A DNA stretch of 64,000 nucleotides from a bacterium (lineage in GTDB: Bacteria > UBA8248). Positions within the stretch are counted from its first letter, which is position 1. The number at the start of each line of letters is the position of its first letter. The stretch lies in assembly GCA_963692865.2 (NCBI GenBank), contig OY843592.1, forward strand, positions 1,728,001 through 1,792,000. The letters run 5' to 3'. This document shows positions 26,971 to 36,896 of this stretch, piece by piece. The position numbers were made by a program, and so were the translations under genes. The notes under the pieces are model-generated. The model was not told the DNA's origin and made no database searches. It saw only the letters and a program-made list of their open reading frames with translations.

Positions 26971-27927
26971 TCAGCCTGCCGGTTTTTGGGAGGCGTCGAA
27001 AATTTTACCGAGCGCGCCGAGCATGGCTTCGACCGATTCGGGGGGCACGCCGCCGAGTTCCTCCTGGAAATCGAACCCCTGGAGCCAGCGGAACTTATCG
27101 AGCGAGGCGGCGCTGATGTGCGAGTCCACCCCCAGCGATTCAAGGGTCGAGACGACGCCTTCCATCTCCTGCGCGCGCCTTTCGGCGACGATGAGGCTCG
27201 TGCCCGCCAGGCTCAGGGCGAGGTCCCGGAGGGGGAGGCCCTCCACGGTGCCCGCGATGGATTCGAGGAGCTCCTCCACGAGGCCGCAGCGCCGCGCCGC
27301 CTCGATGGATTCGAGAAACGTCATCATCAGTCCTTTGGTGAACACGCTGCGCACGACCTTGAGGGCGGAGGCGTCTCCCACGCGCTCGCCTAGCACCTGA
27401 AGCCGCATCCCGTAGCGCGCCATGGCCTCACTCAGGGGTTCGGCCTCGGGCCCCGAAATCAACGTGACGACCTCGTGTCCGTACACTTCGGCAGGGTCGC
27501 ATATCGCCCCGTCAATCGGCTCGCCTCCGCCCCCCTCGATGAGGCGGCCGATCTCTCTTTTCATCTCGGGGGTCGTGGTGTTCAAATCCAGGTACGCGGT
27601 GTTTCGAACGAAGGGCGAGGCGCTGCGCGCCACATCCAGCGCGCTTTCCGTCGTCACGAGCGAGAGAACGACCTCCGCGCCATCGAGCGCCTCTTCGATG
27701 GACTGCGTCATCCGGATGGCCGGGTGGGCGGCTGCGTCGAGATGCTCGGGCCGCCAGGGCGGTCTTTTCCACACATGGACTTTCGCCACGCCGGCTTCCG
27801 CCAGTCCCCGGGCGATGGGTCTGCCCGCCATGCCGAACCCCAGGACGCAGACGGTGGGAGGATTTTCAAGGTTCAAGGAGGTCTCTCCATAGAGCTTCAT
27901 GTGGATGGGCGCATGATTCCCGATCAT
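26971..27927 (-). CDS. NAD(P)-dependent oxidoreductase (6PGD/HIBADH family, DUF1932-like)
   Basis: LGFGMAG, YLDLNT..P..K, G.ASALK..RS.F.KG, A.RR..EM; start uncertain. Confidence 0.82.
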   Translation of the reverse strand: MIGNHAPIHMKLYGETSLNLENPPTVCVLGFGMAGRPIARGLAEAGVAKVHVWKRPPWRPEHLDAAAHPAIRMTQSIEEALDGAEVVLSLVTTESALDVARSASPFVRNTAYLDLNTTTPEMKREIGRLIEGGGGEPIDGAICDPAEVYGHEVVTLISGPEAEPLSEAMARYGMRLQVLGERVGDASALKVVRSVFTKGLMMTFLESIEAARRCGLVEELLESIAGTVEGLPLRDLALSLAGTSLIVAERRAQEMEGVVSTLESLGVDSHISAASLDKFRWLQGFDFQEELGGVPPESVEAMLGALGKIFDASQKPAG

Positions 27928-28082
27928 ATTCCACGCAAATAATATATGATGAAATGATTATAAAATAAGGCGGCGCGCGGCTCTAGCGCGTCCGGGCTTT
28001 CTGCATCGGCTTCGTATACGCGCGAAAACGGGAATTTGGAGCATAACCTATGGACCCGGTGGTTCCCATATCGAAATTCAAC

Positions 28083-28319
28083 GGGGTTGTTGAAAAAGTC
28101 CTATGCGGGCGGATTTGCGTTTGTAGTAGTAGGGACAGGTCGCGACCTGTCCCTACGGTAGGTGGCGTTCTTTTCTCGGGACCCAAGATGAATTTGGTTT
28201 TCGTTCGTCATTCCGGCTTTCGCCGGAATGACGGCTGTAAGGGCGATTCGCGAACCGCCCCTACGCAAGCCTCGTCAACCGGGATTCACTCTCCCCTCAA
28301 GGGGGTTTTCAACAACCCC
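28083..28319. repeat. Family-E bounded mosaic cassette (B, single A, B, C remnant)
   Basis: GGGGTTGTTGAAAAA ... TTTTCAACAACCCC; GTAGGGACAGGTCGCGACCTGTCCCTAC palindrome. Confidence 0.85.
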
Positions 28320-28412
28320 GCGTGGGCTGCTCAGGACGAAGGAGCAAGGTCGGGCGGGCCGGTGCGCGGTTTCCTCTGCCCAATCCGCTAGGGCGCGCCG
28401 CCCGCGCGCTTC

Positions 28413-29303
28413 TTATTCTTCGAGGCCCATCAGGCGGGCGGGGTTTCGCTGCACCATCCAGCGGATCTCCTCGTCTTCGAACCCCAGGCGCAGCATGGTG
28501 GCGATGAACATGCGCAGCATTTCCGTGGGCGGGGGATTGAGGTCGAGTTGCGCGTCGGTGCTCATCACGCATCGCTCGGGGCCGAGGGCGCGCGCGGTTT
28601 CGGCGACTTTCACCGGGTCGAGGTCGCGCCACATGGGGAAGGCGGATATCCACGTGAACTCGACGATGTAGCCCAGGTCCGCCACCTCGCGAAGCTGCCC
28701 CTCGCTCGCGCCCACGATGAAGATGATCGGATGGGTGAAGATGAATTTCTTGACCCCGATCTCCTTCGCGCGCCGCGCCAGGGCGACGCCCTCCTCCGCG
28801 GAGAGATGCCCCGTGGCCACGGCCACGTCCGCGTCGCGGGCGATTTCGAGTATGGCGTCCGCCTCGGGGCATATCGCTCCGTTTCCGTCCATAACCGTCA
28901 GACCCTGCGCGGGCGGGGGCCGGCTGTAGGCTTCCGCGATGCGCTTGCTGTAGGCCCCCACCGCGATGTCGTTCGCCGCCGAGTAGGTGGGCATCCAGAT
29001 GACCTTCACGCCCAAGCGCGCCGCGCTTTCCGCCGCGAAGGGCGAGAGACCGCCCACGTTGGCGTTGAGCGTGATGGCGCCGAAGGCCGTGACGCCCGGA
29101 TAGACCTCGTTCAGGATCCGGGCTTGGGCGATGGTGGGCCACAGGTGGCTCTTCATCACGAAGCCGCGCATGCCGACGCCGCGCGCGAGTTCGGCCCATT
29201 CATGGTCCAGGACGCGTCCGGGTTCTTCCAGGAATACCTGGGGGAAGATGTGGGCGTGAACGTCGATGGCGCCTTCGAGGAGGTCGTCCGCCTTCGTGCG
29301 CAT
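28413..29303 (-). CDS. Amidohydrolase-fold protein (DUF6282-like)
   Basis: GAIDVHAH, KSH..PT, LN..VGG, WMPT, ATGH.S, THP, STD. Confidence 0.8.
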   Translation of the reverse strand: MRTKADDLLEGAIDVHAHIFPQVFLEEPGRVLDHEWAELARGVGMRGFVMKSHLWPTIAQARILNEVYPGVTAFGAITLNANVGGLSPFAAESAARLGVKVIWMPTYSAANDIAVGAYSKRIAEAYSRPPPAQGLTVMDGNGAICPEADAILEIARDADVAVATGHLSAEEGVALARRAKEIGVKKFIFTHPIIFIVGASEGQLREVADLGYIVEFTWISAFPMWRDLDPVKVAETARALGPERCVMSTDAQLDLNPPPTEMLRMFIATMLRLGFEDEEIRWMVQRNPARLMGLEE

Positions 29304-29399
29304 AAGGAAAAACCCTCCGAATACGAGTAGAAAATCACCTGAGATCATGAAAATTCATCATGCGCCATGAGGGGGCGGCGGGCAAGCCGGTCGCCGAAA

Positions 29400-29780
29400 A
29401 AGCCCCCTGACGCGGGGGTGTTCAAAAAGCCTCGAATCTGTGATTCGGCGTGTGTTTGGATGACCGGGAGGGTGGAAACAATCACTCCCCCTTGAGGGTT
29501 CTTGCCGTCCGACGAGAGAGGAATCACTCCCCCCTTGAGGGTCGGGCATCTCCTCATCGGGATGCCCGACGACGAGCTAAGGGCGTAAGTCCGCAAGCGA
29601 ATCGGTGGGGGGTAAAATTCTGAATGGCAAAAAAACGCGATTTACCCCCCACCGATTCAGCCTTCGCACAAACCGCTCGGCTTCATCGTCGGACTTTCCC
29701 CTCGGGAAGCCCGACCCTAAGGGGAGAGTGATTCGTAGATCGCAAGGGTTTCGTAGGGGCGCTTCCCGAAGCGCCCCCGC
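29400..29780. repeat. Mosaic repeat cluster (E-like motif, C remnant, C unit 29523-29732, B hairpin)
   Basis: Same motifs as the other clusters; its C hairpin matches the reconstructed IS110 target in length. Confidence 0.85.
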
Positions 29781-29871
29781 AAGCCGGTTCCCGCCGCGCG
29801 ATTCAGGTGATATTCTCCGGGAAATGCTCTCATGAGCAAGAGTAATGACTTCTCCCGGAGGAGGATGTCTC

Positions 29872-31002
29872 ATGCCCCACGTCCAGAGCATCGGAACGCC
29901 GGTGCGCGAAATCGAAACGCCCGCTCTGATAGTCGATCTCGACGTCATGGAGGAGAACCTCGCGTTGATGGCGAAGCGCCTGGAGGGAACGGGCGTCCGG
30001 CTCCGCGCCCACGCCAAGACGCACAAGAGTCCCTGGCTCGCGAGAAAACAGATGGCCCTCGGCGCGGTGGGGGTTTGCTGCCAGAAGGTGAGCGAGGCCG
30101 AGGTGATGGTGGAGGGCGGGGTCGAGAACGTGCTCGTGAGCAGCGAGGTCACGGCCGTCTCGAAGCTCAAGCGTCTGGCCGCGCTCGCGCGCCACACGAA
30201 CCTGATGGTGGTGGTGGATCATCCCCAGGGGGTGGCCATGCTCTCCGAAGCCGTGACGGCGGCGGGAGCGGAGATCGGCGTGCTCGTCGACGTGGACGTG
30301 GGCCAGGGACGATGCGGCGTGGCGGCGGGAGCGGCGGCGGTGGAGCTGGCCCGGCGGGTGGAGGCGGCGAGGGGACTCGAACTCAAGGGGATTCAGGCCT
30401 ACCAGGGCGGCGCCCAGCACGTGGACGGCTTCGCCGAGCGGCGCGAGGTCTACGCGGACGCCATTGCGCGGATGCGCGAGACCGTGGCCGCGTTCGGGGC
30501 CGCCGGGCTTTCGCTTGAGATCAAAAGCGGCGGCGGCACGGGTTCATGGCGGTGGGACGCGGAATCGGGCGTGCTGAACGAGCTTCAGGCGGGGAGCTAT
30601 CTCTTCATGGATTCCCACTACCGCAGCATCGGCGGCGAAGGTTCGGACACGTATGACGACTTCAAGCCCAGCCTGTTCGTGCTGACGACCGTGGTCAGCG
30701 CGCCCGGGCCCGGACACGTCGTGATGGACGCCGGCCACAAGGCGCTCTCATCGGACAGCGGGCTGGCGCCCTGTCTCGAACTCGAAGGCGCCGTGCACGC
30801 GCGGGCATCGGATGAGCACGGCGTGCTGGAACTCTCCCCGGGTTCCAGGCGGCCCGAGATCGGCGAGACGCTCCTGTTCCAGCCCAGCCACTGCGACCCG
30901 ACCATCAACCTCTACGACGTCTACCACGGCGTACGCGGCGGTATGGAGGAGGGCGTTCTCGAAGCCGTGATCCCCGTGGCCGCGCGCGGCTGCGTCTGGT
31001 AG
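29872..31002 (+). CDS. DSD1/D-threonine aldolase family PLP-dependent enzyme
   Basis: TPALIVDLD, LR.HAKTHK, GGGTG, ELQAGSY.FMD, SDEHG, PSHCDPT.NL. Confidence 0.92.
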   Translation: MPHVQSIGTPVREIETPALIVDLDVMEENLALMAKRLEGTGVRLRAHAKTHKSPWLARKQMALGAVGVCCQKVSEAEVMVEGGVENVLVSSEVTAVSKLKRLAALARHTNLMVVVDHPQGVAMLSEAVTAAGAEIGVLVDVDVGQGRCGVAAGAAAVELARRVEAARGLELKGIQAYQGGAQHVDGFAERREVYADAIARMRETVAAFGAAGLSLEIKSGGGTGSWRWDAESGVLNELQAGSYLFMDSHYRSIGGEGSDTYDDFKPSLFVLTTVVSAPGPGHVVMDAGHKALSSDSGLAPCLELEGAVHARASDEHGVLELSPGSRRPEIGETLLFQPSHCDPTINLYDVYHGVRGGMEEGVLEAVIPVAARGCVW

Positions 31003-31042
31003 GTCGAACCCGACTGATGAATGAGGGTTTGCCGACCGGTGA

Positions 31043-31650
31043 GGGGTTGTTGGAAAAGTCCCTCTGTGGAGGGGGATTAGGGGACGCATATATGCGTCCC
31101 CTACACTCCGCCCTCGTTCTTTCGGACCGTTCGGGCGGACACATCGGTCCGTCCTTACAAAACCATCGCACCCCCACCGCTTCGGGGACTTTTTCAACAG
31201 CCCCTTGAGGGGGTGATCCTCCACCGAGGAGAATTCTGAATTCACTCCCCCCTTGAGGGGGGTGTTGAAAAACCCCTCCTCGCTCGGATTGACCACCGCC
31301 GTCATTGTCGTTTCTATTGTAGGGGCCGCATATCATGCGGCCCGGCTTTTTCGCCTTCACAATACGGGTCGCATGATATGTCGGACATATATGTCCGACA
31401 TACGGGTAAAACGTGGTTGATCCGAGAGGGACAGGTTTTTCAACAACCCCTTGAGGGTCGGGCTTCCCGAGGGGAAAGCCCGACAACGAGGCAAGGGCGA
31501 AGCCCGCAGACGAGTTGCTGGGGGGAGCTTTTGCCGTGGCATGTCCCCCCACCGAGTCAGCCTTCACCTGTCGGTTCGGCTTCCTCGACTCCCCCTCAAG
31601 GGGGGAGTGAAATTTAGCGCACTCCTTTTGTGGGCTTTTTCAACAACCCC
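31043..31650. repeat. Large mosaic: E cassettes 31043-31204 and 31257-31450 (TTGA duplication), the second inside a C unit 31241-31611
   Basis: CCCCTTGA|GGGGGGTGTTGAAAAA...TTTTTCAACAACCCC|TTGAGGGTCGGGC; removing the cassette restores an intact C start. Confidence 0.85.
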
Positions 31651-31686
31651 GGAAAGATAGGATACGGCCCCTGCAAACCCAGGCCC

Positions 31687-32211
31687 TTACGCCGGCTTGC
31701 CGAACGTGGCCACCCTGTCCACGCGGCACTCGAAGAGCACGCGTTTCTCGTCTATCGCGGGGTCCCTGAGCGCGTAGGGCGGGTCCGCGCCCGTGTATTT
31801 CGTCCAAATGCGGTCGAGCTGTTCGGTCGCACGCTCGCCGCCCGGCCCGTCCTCGTGTATCTCGTTCACCACCGTGCACTTGATGCTCATCCAGTGGTAG
31901 GGGTTCTCGGGGTTCACGAGCAGAATCGTGAGCTGCGGGTTGTTCCGTATCCATCCGCACTTGGGCCGGTGCGAGGCGGTGTTCACCAGAATCGTGTCGC
32001 CCTCGTAGTCGAACCACATGGGCGTCATGTTGACCCGTCCGTCGGGGCCGATGAGGCCCAGCGTGACCGTGATCGGCTTGTCCAGCAAATCCCTGTAGAT
32101 GGGGTCCAGAGCCGCCAGACCGCTCGCCTTCGTCCGCTCGCCCACGGCGAACTGGCCCTCCTGCAGACCCTCGGACACGTCCTTGAACTTGGCTACGGTG
32201 AATTCCGCCAT
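31687..32211 (-). CDS. Pyridoxamine 5'-phosphate oxidase family (PPOX/F420-type) protein
   Basis: G.DG....TP.WF, NT...R.K...IR.NP, NP.NPYHW. Confidence 0.8.
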   Translation of the reverse strand: MAEFTVAKFKDVSEGLQEGQFAVGERTKASGLAALDPIYRDLLDKPITVTLGLIGPDGRVNMTPMWFDYEGDTILVNTASHRPKCGWIRNNPQLTILLVNPENPYHWMSIKCTVVNEIHEDGPGGERATEQLDRIWTKYTGADPPYALRDPAIDEKRVLFECRVDRVATFGKPA

Positions 32212-32379
32212 CGCGCACGTCCTCCTGAAGCGTGAAAAGTAATGGGTGGATTTCCCGGATGCTAGCAGGGGAGGGACGGCCCGGCAAGGGGGGAGGCTTA
32301 TCTCGCCCTTTTTTATAGGATAGGACGATTACATCGAAGCGGGAAACCCGTTTCGTTGCAAATATCGGGGCATTCGTGT

Positions 32380-32409
32380 AGGGTAGAAGGGAATTGTTTT
32401 TTCTACCCT
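32380..32409 (+). promoter_or_regulatory. Inverted repeat, putative vapBC operator
   Basis: AGGGTAGAA-N12-TTCTACCCT just upstream of vapB; TTGCAA at 32356. Confidence 0.55.
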
Positions 32410-32420
32410 GGGGGCCGGCG

Positions 32421-32678
32421 ATGAGTCTCAACATCAAGAATCAGGAAACCTGCCGCCTCGCCGGCGAGTTGGCCCGCCTGACCGGCGAGACGATGACCGG
32501 CGCGATTACGGTTGCGCTGCGTGAACGGCTGGCGCGCGAGAAACGCCTGCGCGACGCAGACGCTCGCGCTCGAAGGTTGCGCGCCATCGCGGAGCGTTGT
32601 GCGAAACTATTGGGGCCGGGGCCGTCCGCCGTGGAGCACGGGGAGGTGCTCTACGACGAACGGGGGTTGCCAAAATGA
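32421..32678 (+). CDS. vapB: VapB family antitoxin (Rv0623-like)
   Basis: MSLNIKN.E..RLA.ELA.LTGE.MT.AI..AL.ERL, LYDE.GLP. Confidence 0.88.
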   Translation: MSLNIKNQETCRLAGELARLTGETMTGAITVALRERLAREKRLRDADARARRLRAIAERCAKLLGPGPSAVEHGEVLYDERGLPK

Positions 32679-33061
32679 TCGTCGACAGTTCGGCGATCCT
32701 CGCCGTTCTCTACCGTGAGCAGGACGCGGAACGCTACGAGAAGGCGATCGCTTCGGCCGCGCGCCCCCGCATGTCCGTCGCCAACCTGCTGGAGACTTCC
32801 ATCGTCCTGGAAGGCCGCGGCGGCGAGGCGGCGGGGAACGAACTCGATCTGTTCCTGAAGGACGCCGAAATCGAATTGGCGCCCGTCACTATCGAGCATC
32901 TGGAAGCGGCCCGGCGCGCCTGGCGGCGCTTCGGCAAGGGGAATCATCCGGCGTCGCTCAACTTCGGCGATTGCTTCGCCTATGCGCTCGCCGACCTCAT
33001 GGACGAGCCGCTGCTGTTCAAGGGCGAGGACTTCGCCCGTACCGATATCGAGGCGGCGTAA
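32675..33061 (+). CDS. vapC: VapC PIN-domain toxin
   Basis: [39 protein letters not shown]; ATGA overlap with vapB. Confidence 0.92.
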   Translation: MIVDSSAILAVLYREQDAERYEKAIASAARPRMSVANLLETSIVLEGRGGEAAGNELDLFLKDAEIELAPVTIEHLEAARRAWRRFGKGNHPASLNFGDCFAYALADLMDEPLLFKGEDFARTDIEAA

Positions 33062-33150
33062 ACGGCGATGCGCCGTGGAATGCGGAATCACCAGGATTTG
33101 TTTCGTTCCCCTGATGCTCAACCATTCTCCGCCGTGATTTGAACTTCTAT

Positions 33151-33194
33151 TTGAATTATACCCATATTGGGCATTATAATGCCCAATATGGGTA
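33151..33194 (+). promoter_or_regulatory. Sigma70-like promoter overlapped by a perfect 36-bp palindrome
   Basis: TTGAAT-N18-TATAAT; TACCCATATTGGGCATTA|TAATGCCCAATATGGGTA at 33159-33194. Confidence 0.75.
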
Positions 33195-33220
33195 ATTTGG
33201 CTGCGACGCATCTCTCTCGC

Positions 33221-33850
33221 ATGACTCGCCGCAAGGCGTCCGGGTCCGACGCCGCACCCACAGGTCTCGCGGATGCGCTGTTCACCACCACCCAGCAGCG
33301 GCTCCTGAAGCTGCTTTTCGGCCAGCCCGGGCGGAACTTTTTCGCGAGCGAGTTGATCCGCTTGACAGGGTCCGGCTCCGGCGCCGTGCAGCGTGAACTC
33401 AAGCGCTTCGCGTCCAGCGGGCTGGTGAGCGTCACCCCTATCGGCAGGCAGAAGCATTACCAGGCCAATCCGGAATGTCCGGTGTTCGAGGAGGTGAGCG
33501 GCATCGTTCGCAAGACGCTCGCCCCGGCGGAACCGATTCGCCAGGCGTTGAAGACGCTCGCAGACCGCGTCAGGCTCGCCCTGGTGTACGGGTCGGTCGC
33601 GGAGGGGACCGATACGGCGGGCAGCGACGTCGACCTGCTCGTCGTCGCCGACGGCGTGATGCTGGAGGAGATCTACGACGTACTCTCACCTGTGGAGGCC
33701 GGCCTCGCTCGGCGGATCAGCCCCACGCTTTATACGTCGGCGGAATTCGACGAACGCAGAGCCGCCGGAAACTTTTTTCTGACGAACATATTCGCCGGTG
33801 AGCACCTCATATTCATCGGAGACGAAGAGGACGCATCCGCAACTCGATAA
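33221..33850 (+). CDS. wHTH + minimal nucleotidyltransferase (MNT-type antitoxin/regulator)
   Basis: N-terminal HTH (ELIRL...GSGAVQREL), YGSVA.G.D...SDVDLLVV; start uncertain (33188 or 33221). Confidence 0.8.
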   Translation: MTRRKASGSDAAPTGLADALFTTTQQRLLKLLFGQPGRNFFASELIRLTGSGSGAVQRELKRFASSGLVSVTPIGRQKHYQANPECPVFEEVSGIVRKTLAPAEPIRQALKTLADRVRLALVYGSVAEGTDTAGSDVDLLVVADGVMLEEIYDVLSPVEAGLARRISPTLYTSAEFDERRAAGNFFLTNIFAGEHLIFIGDEEDASATR

Positions 33851-34247
33851 TCTGGTGCGCGTCGGCCGGCTCAAGAGCGAGCCGGCCGCCGGTGAGGAAA
33901 TCGAGGGCTTGGTCCGCTCGGGCGTCCACCGCCTGAACGACGCCGAACGCGAAGATCTGAGTCTGGAGAGCCGTTTCGATCTCGCCTACAACGCCGCCCA
34001 TGCGCTGGCGCTCGCCGCGTTGCGCAAGCGAGGCTATCGTTCCGATTCTCGCTATCTGGTTTTTCAATGCCTCCGGCACGCCATCGACCTGCCGCAGGCG
34101 CAGTGGCGCGTGCTTGACGAAGCCCACCGCAAACGCAACCTCGCCGAGTATGAAGGCGTCCTGGACGTGGGCGAAGAACTCATCGCCGCATTGCTGCGGG
34201 TGGCGCGGGAAGTGGAGAGGCGCGTGCGCGACGGGATGAAGCCTTGA
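33798..34247 (+). CDS. HEPN-like protein paired with MNT
   Basis: LS.ESRFDLAYNAAH, GYR...RY.VFQ.L.H, H.KRN.AEYEG; start uncertain. Confidence 0.7.
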   Translation: MSTSYSSETKRTHPQLDNLVRVGRLKSEPAAGEEIEGLVRSGVHRLNDAEREDLSLESRFDLAYNAAHALALAALRKRGYRSDSRYLVFQCLRHAIDLPQAQWRVLDEAHRKRNLAEYEGVLDVGEELIAALLRVAREVERRVRDGMKP

Positions 34248-34310
34248 AGAAAATTTTTTTTCTGAGTGGTTTCGAAAAAAACCTGCCCCTGCTTTCCATT
34301 TCGACTAATG

Positions 34311-34672
34311 GGGGTTGTTGAAAAACCTTGTTTCGCTCGGATTGACCACTGCCGTCATTCCGGCGAAAGCCGGAATCCATTTTTCGACTTTTGCCTTTCT
34401 TGAGGGTTCCCGCACATCGGCCGGGAATGAAACGCCGTCGTTTATTCACCCGCATCCGCAAATGGATTCCGGCTTTCGCCGGAATGACGAACAAAACCGT
34501 TCCATTTCTTTGAGACAGGTCACGACCTCGGACAGGCGCAGGAGCCTGTCCGCGACGCATCCTGTTCCCCGCTTGTTTGCATAAGCCGAATCACGAAACC
34601 GGGCTTTCTCCAACAACTCCCTCAAGGGGGGAGTGGTTCGGCCCGGCCTGCAAGGGGGTTTTCGACGACCCC
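34311..34672. mobile_element. Family-E MITE-like cassette with TAAT(G) flanking duplication; contains A doublet 34353-34489
   Basis: TAATG|GGGGTTGTTGAAAAA ... TTTTCGACGACCCC|TAATG. Confidence 0.75.
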
Positions 34673-34769
34673 TAATGGCGAAGATGAGAGTAACCAAGAG
34701 GCGGTATCAGCGACCGTGGTGTGCTAGGATTCGCAAAGTCGAACTTCATCATAGAGGGAGGACGGGTTC

Positions 34770-35699
34770 TTGCGCCGCGTCGTATCGCTCCTGCCGAGCA
34801 GCACGGAGATCATCCACGCCCTGGGCTGCGGCGATCGCCTCGTGGGACGTTCGCACGAGTGCGACTATCCCGCCGGAATTGCCGATTTGCCCTACTGCAC
34901 CGCGCCCAAATTCGACACGAACGGCGCGAGCCGCGAGATTGACGAGCGCGTGAAGGCGGTGCTCCAAGATGCCGTCTCCGTCTACGACGTCGATGCCGCG
35001 CTGCTCGACGAACTGGCGCCGGACCTCGTGGTCACGCAGTCCCAGTGCGAGTTGTGCGCGGTGAGCCTCGCGGACGTCCAGGCGGCCGTGGGCGAACTGG
35101 TGCGCTCGAAGCCGGATGTTCTCTCGCTCGAACCCAATGCGCTGGGAGACGTCTGGCGCGACATCGCATCTGTGGCGGCGGCGCTGGGAATCCCCGAGCG
35201 AGGCGAAGCGCTGCTCGGGGAATTGCAGGGACGACTCGACGCCATCGCCGGGCGCGCGCGGGAGACGGGGCGCAGGCCGCGCGTCGCCTGCATCGAGTGG
35301 TACGATCCCCTGATGGCGGCGGGCAACTGGGCGCCGGAACTCGTGGACATCGCAGGCGGCGAAGACGTCCTGGGCGTCGCCGGCGAACACTCCGCGTGGC
35401 TTGAATGGGAGGCGCTGGAGGAGGCCCAGCCCGAGGCGATCATTCTCATGCCGTGCGGTTTCGACATCGCGCGCTCGCGCAGCGAGTTGGCGGCGCTCAC
35501 CGGAAGAGCCGAGTGGACGCGCCTCGATGCCGTGCGAAGGGGAGAAGTGTTCGTGACCGACGGCAACCAGTTCTTCAACCGTCCGGGGCCGAGGCTGGTC
35601 GAGTCCGCCGAGATACTGGCGGAGATTCTCCATCCCGACGCCTTCGCCTTCGGCCATGAAGGCGCGGGCTGGGAGCGTCTCGAAGCGCGTGCGGCCTGA
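34770..35699 (+). CDS. BtuF-like cobalamin/Fe-siderophore binding-fold protein without signal peptide
   Basis: R.VSLLPS.TEI, LVGRSHECDYP, TQ.QC..CAVS, EW.DP....G.W.PE, FNRPGPRL. Confidence 0.85.
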   Translation: MRRVVSLLPSSTEIIHALGCGDRLVGRSHECDYPAGIADLPYCTAPKFDTNGASREIDERVKAVLQDAVSVYDVDAALLDELAPDLVVTQSQCELCAVSLADVQAAVGELVRSKPDVLSLEPNALGDVWRDIASVAAALGIPERGEALLGELQGRLDAIAGRARETGRRPRVACIEWYDPLMAAGNWAPELVDIAGGEDVLGVAGEHSAWLEWEALEEAQPEAIILMPCGFDIARSRSELAALTGRAEWTRLDAVRRGEVFVTDGNQFFNRPGPRLVESAEILAEILHPDAFAFGHEGAGWERLEARAA

Positions 35700-35726
35700 T
35701 TTCCATTGGAGTGACCTGAATCAATC

Positions 35727-36560
35727 ATGAACGAGAATAACTGGCGGGTTCTCCACGAGCGCGCCTGCCGCGCCGGCGAGGAGTTCTACCTCGACCCCGA
35801 GACGGGCCGGCGCGTCTTCACCGAGGTCGGGCTTCGCCGGCGCGGGAGTTGCTGCGGCAGCGGTTGCCGCCACTGTCCCTATGCGCACGAGGCGGTTCCG
35901 GTGGAAGAACGCCCCCGCCTCGCCCGCAGGCCCGCCTGGATGACCGGCGTAAGTCCCCCCTCTGAACCCGTAGATGCTCTTTTCTGGAGCGGCGGCAAGG
36001 ACAGCTATCTCACCTACCGGGCCTTGCGGCGCGAGGGTTCGAGGCCAGTCGTTCTGATCACCACCTTCGACGCGCAGAGCCGGAAAATCGCTCACCAGGA
36101 ACTCGACATCGAACTGGCGGCGCGACAGGCGGAACACCTGAAAGCCCCGCTGCTGGGCGTGCCGCTCCATCCGGGAGAGGCCTATGAGGCGCGCATCGCC
36201 GAGGCGGCCCGCATGGTTCCGCGGATCGCGCGTTTCGTCTTCGGCGACCTGCATCTCGAACACATACGCGACTGGCGGGTGGAGGCGTTCCGGAAACTGG
36301 CCGCCGATCTTGGCGCGTCGCTCCACTTCCCGCTGTGGGGCGCGCCCTATGATGCGCTGATGGACGATTTAGAGGCGAGCGGCGCGGTATGCGAGGTGTC
36401 GGCGGTGACGGAAGACGCCCTGGGCGTCGTGCGCGTGGGGCAGCGCTTCGACCGCGCGATGATGACGGCCCTGCCCGAGGGCATCGACCGCTTCGGGGAA
36501 AACGGGGAGTTTCACACCCTCGTCAAGGTCTGGGCGGGGGACGGGGGAGCGTTAGACTAA
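35727..36560 (+). CDS. DUF5522 Cys-rich domain fused to Dph6-like ATP pyrophosphatase
   Basis: Y.DP.TG..VFT...L..RG.CCGSGCRHCPY, then WSGGKDS PP-loop, FGDL.LE.IR.WR, GENGEFHT. Confidence 0.82.
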   Translation: MNENNWRVLHERACRAGEEFYLDPETGRRVFTEVGLRRRGSCCGSGCRHCPYAHEAVPVEERPRLARRPAWMTGVSPPSEPVDALFWSGGKDSYLTYRALRREGSRPVVLITTFDAQSRKIAHQELDIELAARQAEHLKAPLLGVPLHPGEAYEARIAEAARMVPRIARFVFGDLHLEHIRDWRVEAFRKLAADLGASLHFPLWGAPYDALMDDLEASGAVCEVSAVTEDALGVVRVGQRFDRAMMTALPEGIDRFGENGEFHTLVKVWAGDGGALD

Positions 36561-36896
36561 GACCCCGGTGGCGCAAGCCGTTCGAGTTGGGAGATAAGTC
36601 GGGGAACGTCCTGTTGGACGGTCTCCCATACGCGCTTCAGGGTTGACGTTGAAATATCCATGCACAAGACGGTTTCTCATGCCGATGATTTCGGGCCAAG
36701 GGATTTCAGGGTGCGCCTCTTTGAATTCAGGGCCGACTTGAGAGGCGGCTTCTCCTATGATTTCTATGGCTTTTAAGATGGCGAATTGCGCCATGCGGTT
36801 TTGCTCAAACTCCACGAAGCCCAAACCGTCTGTGAACGCCGCCGCCTCGCGCGCCGCCTGAAGCATGTCGATCAGCCAGGCGTCATCACGCCGCAT
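36557..36896 (-). pseudogene. HepT/DUF86 toxin with a +1 frameshift near 36640-36642
   Basis: IIGEAA, IPW..I.GMRNRLVHGYF intact; removing one C restores NLKRVWETVQQDVPRLISQLE..*. Confidence 0.75.

Noticed and set aside
27930-27975. AT-rich tract as a dif site
   Set aside because: No XerD arm (TTATGTTAAAT-like); more likely the promoter of the adjacent gene.
34675-34769. Cobalamin riboswitch upstream of the BtuF-like gene
   Set aside because: Too short after the repeat cassette, and no B12-box motif was seen.
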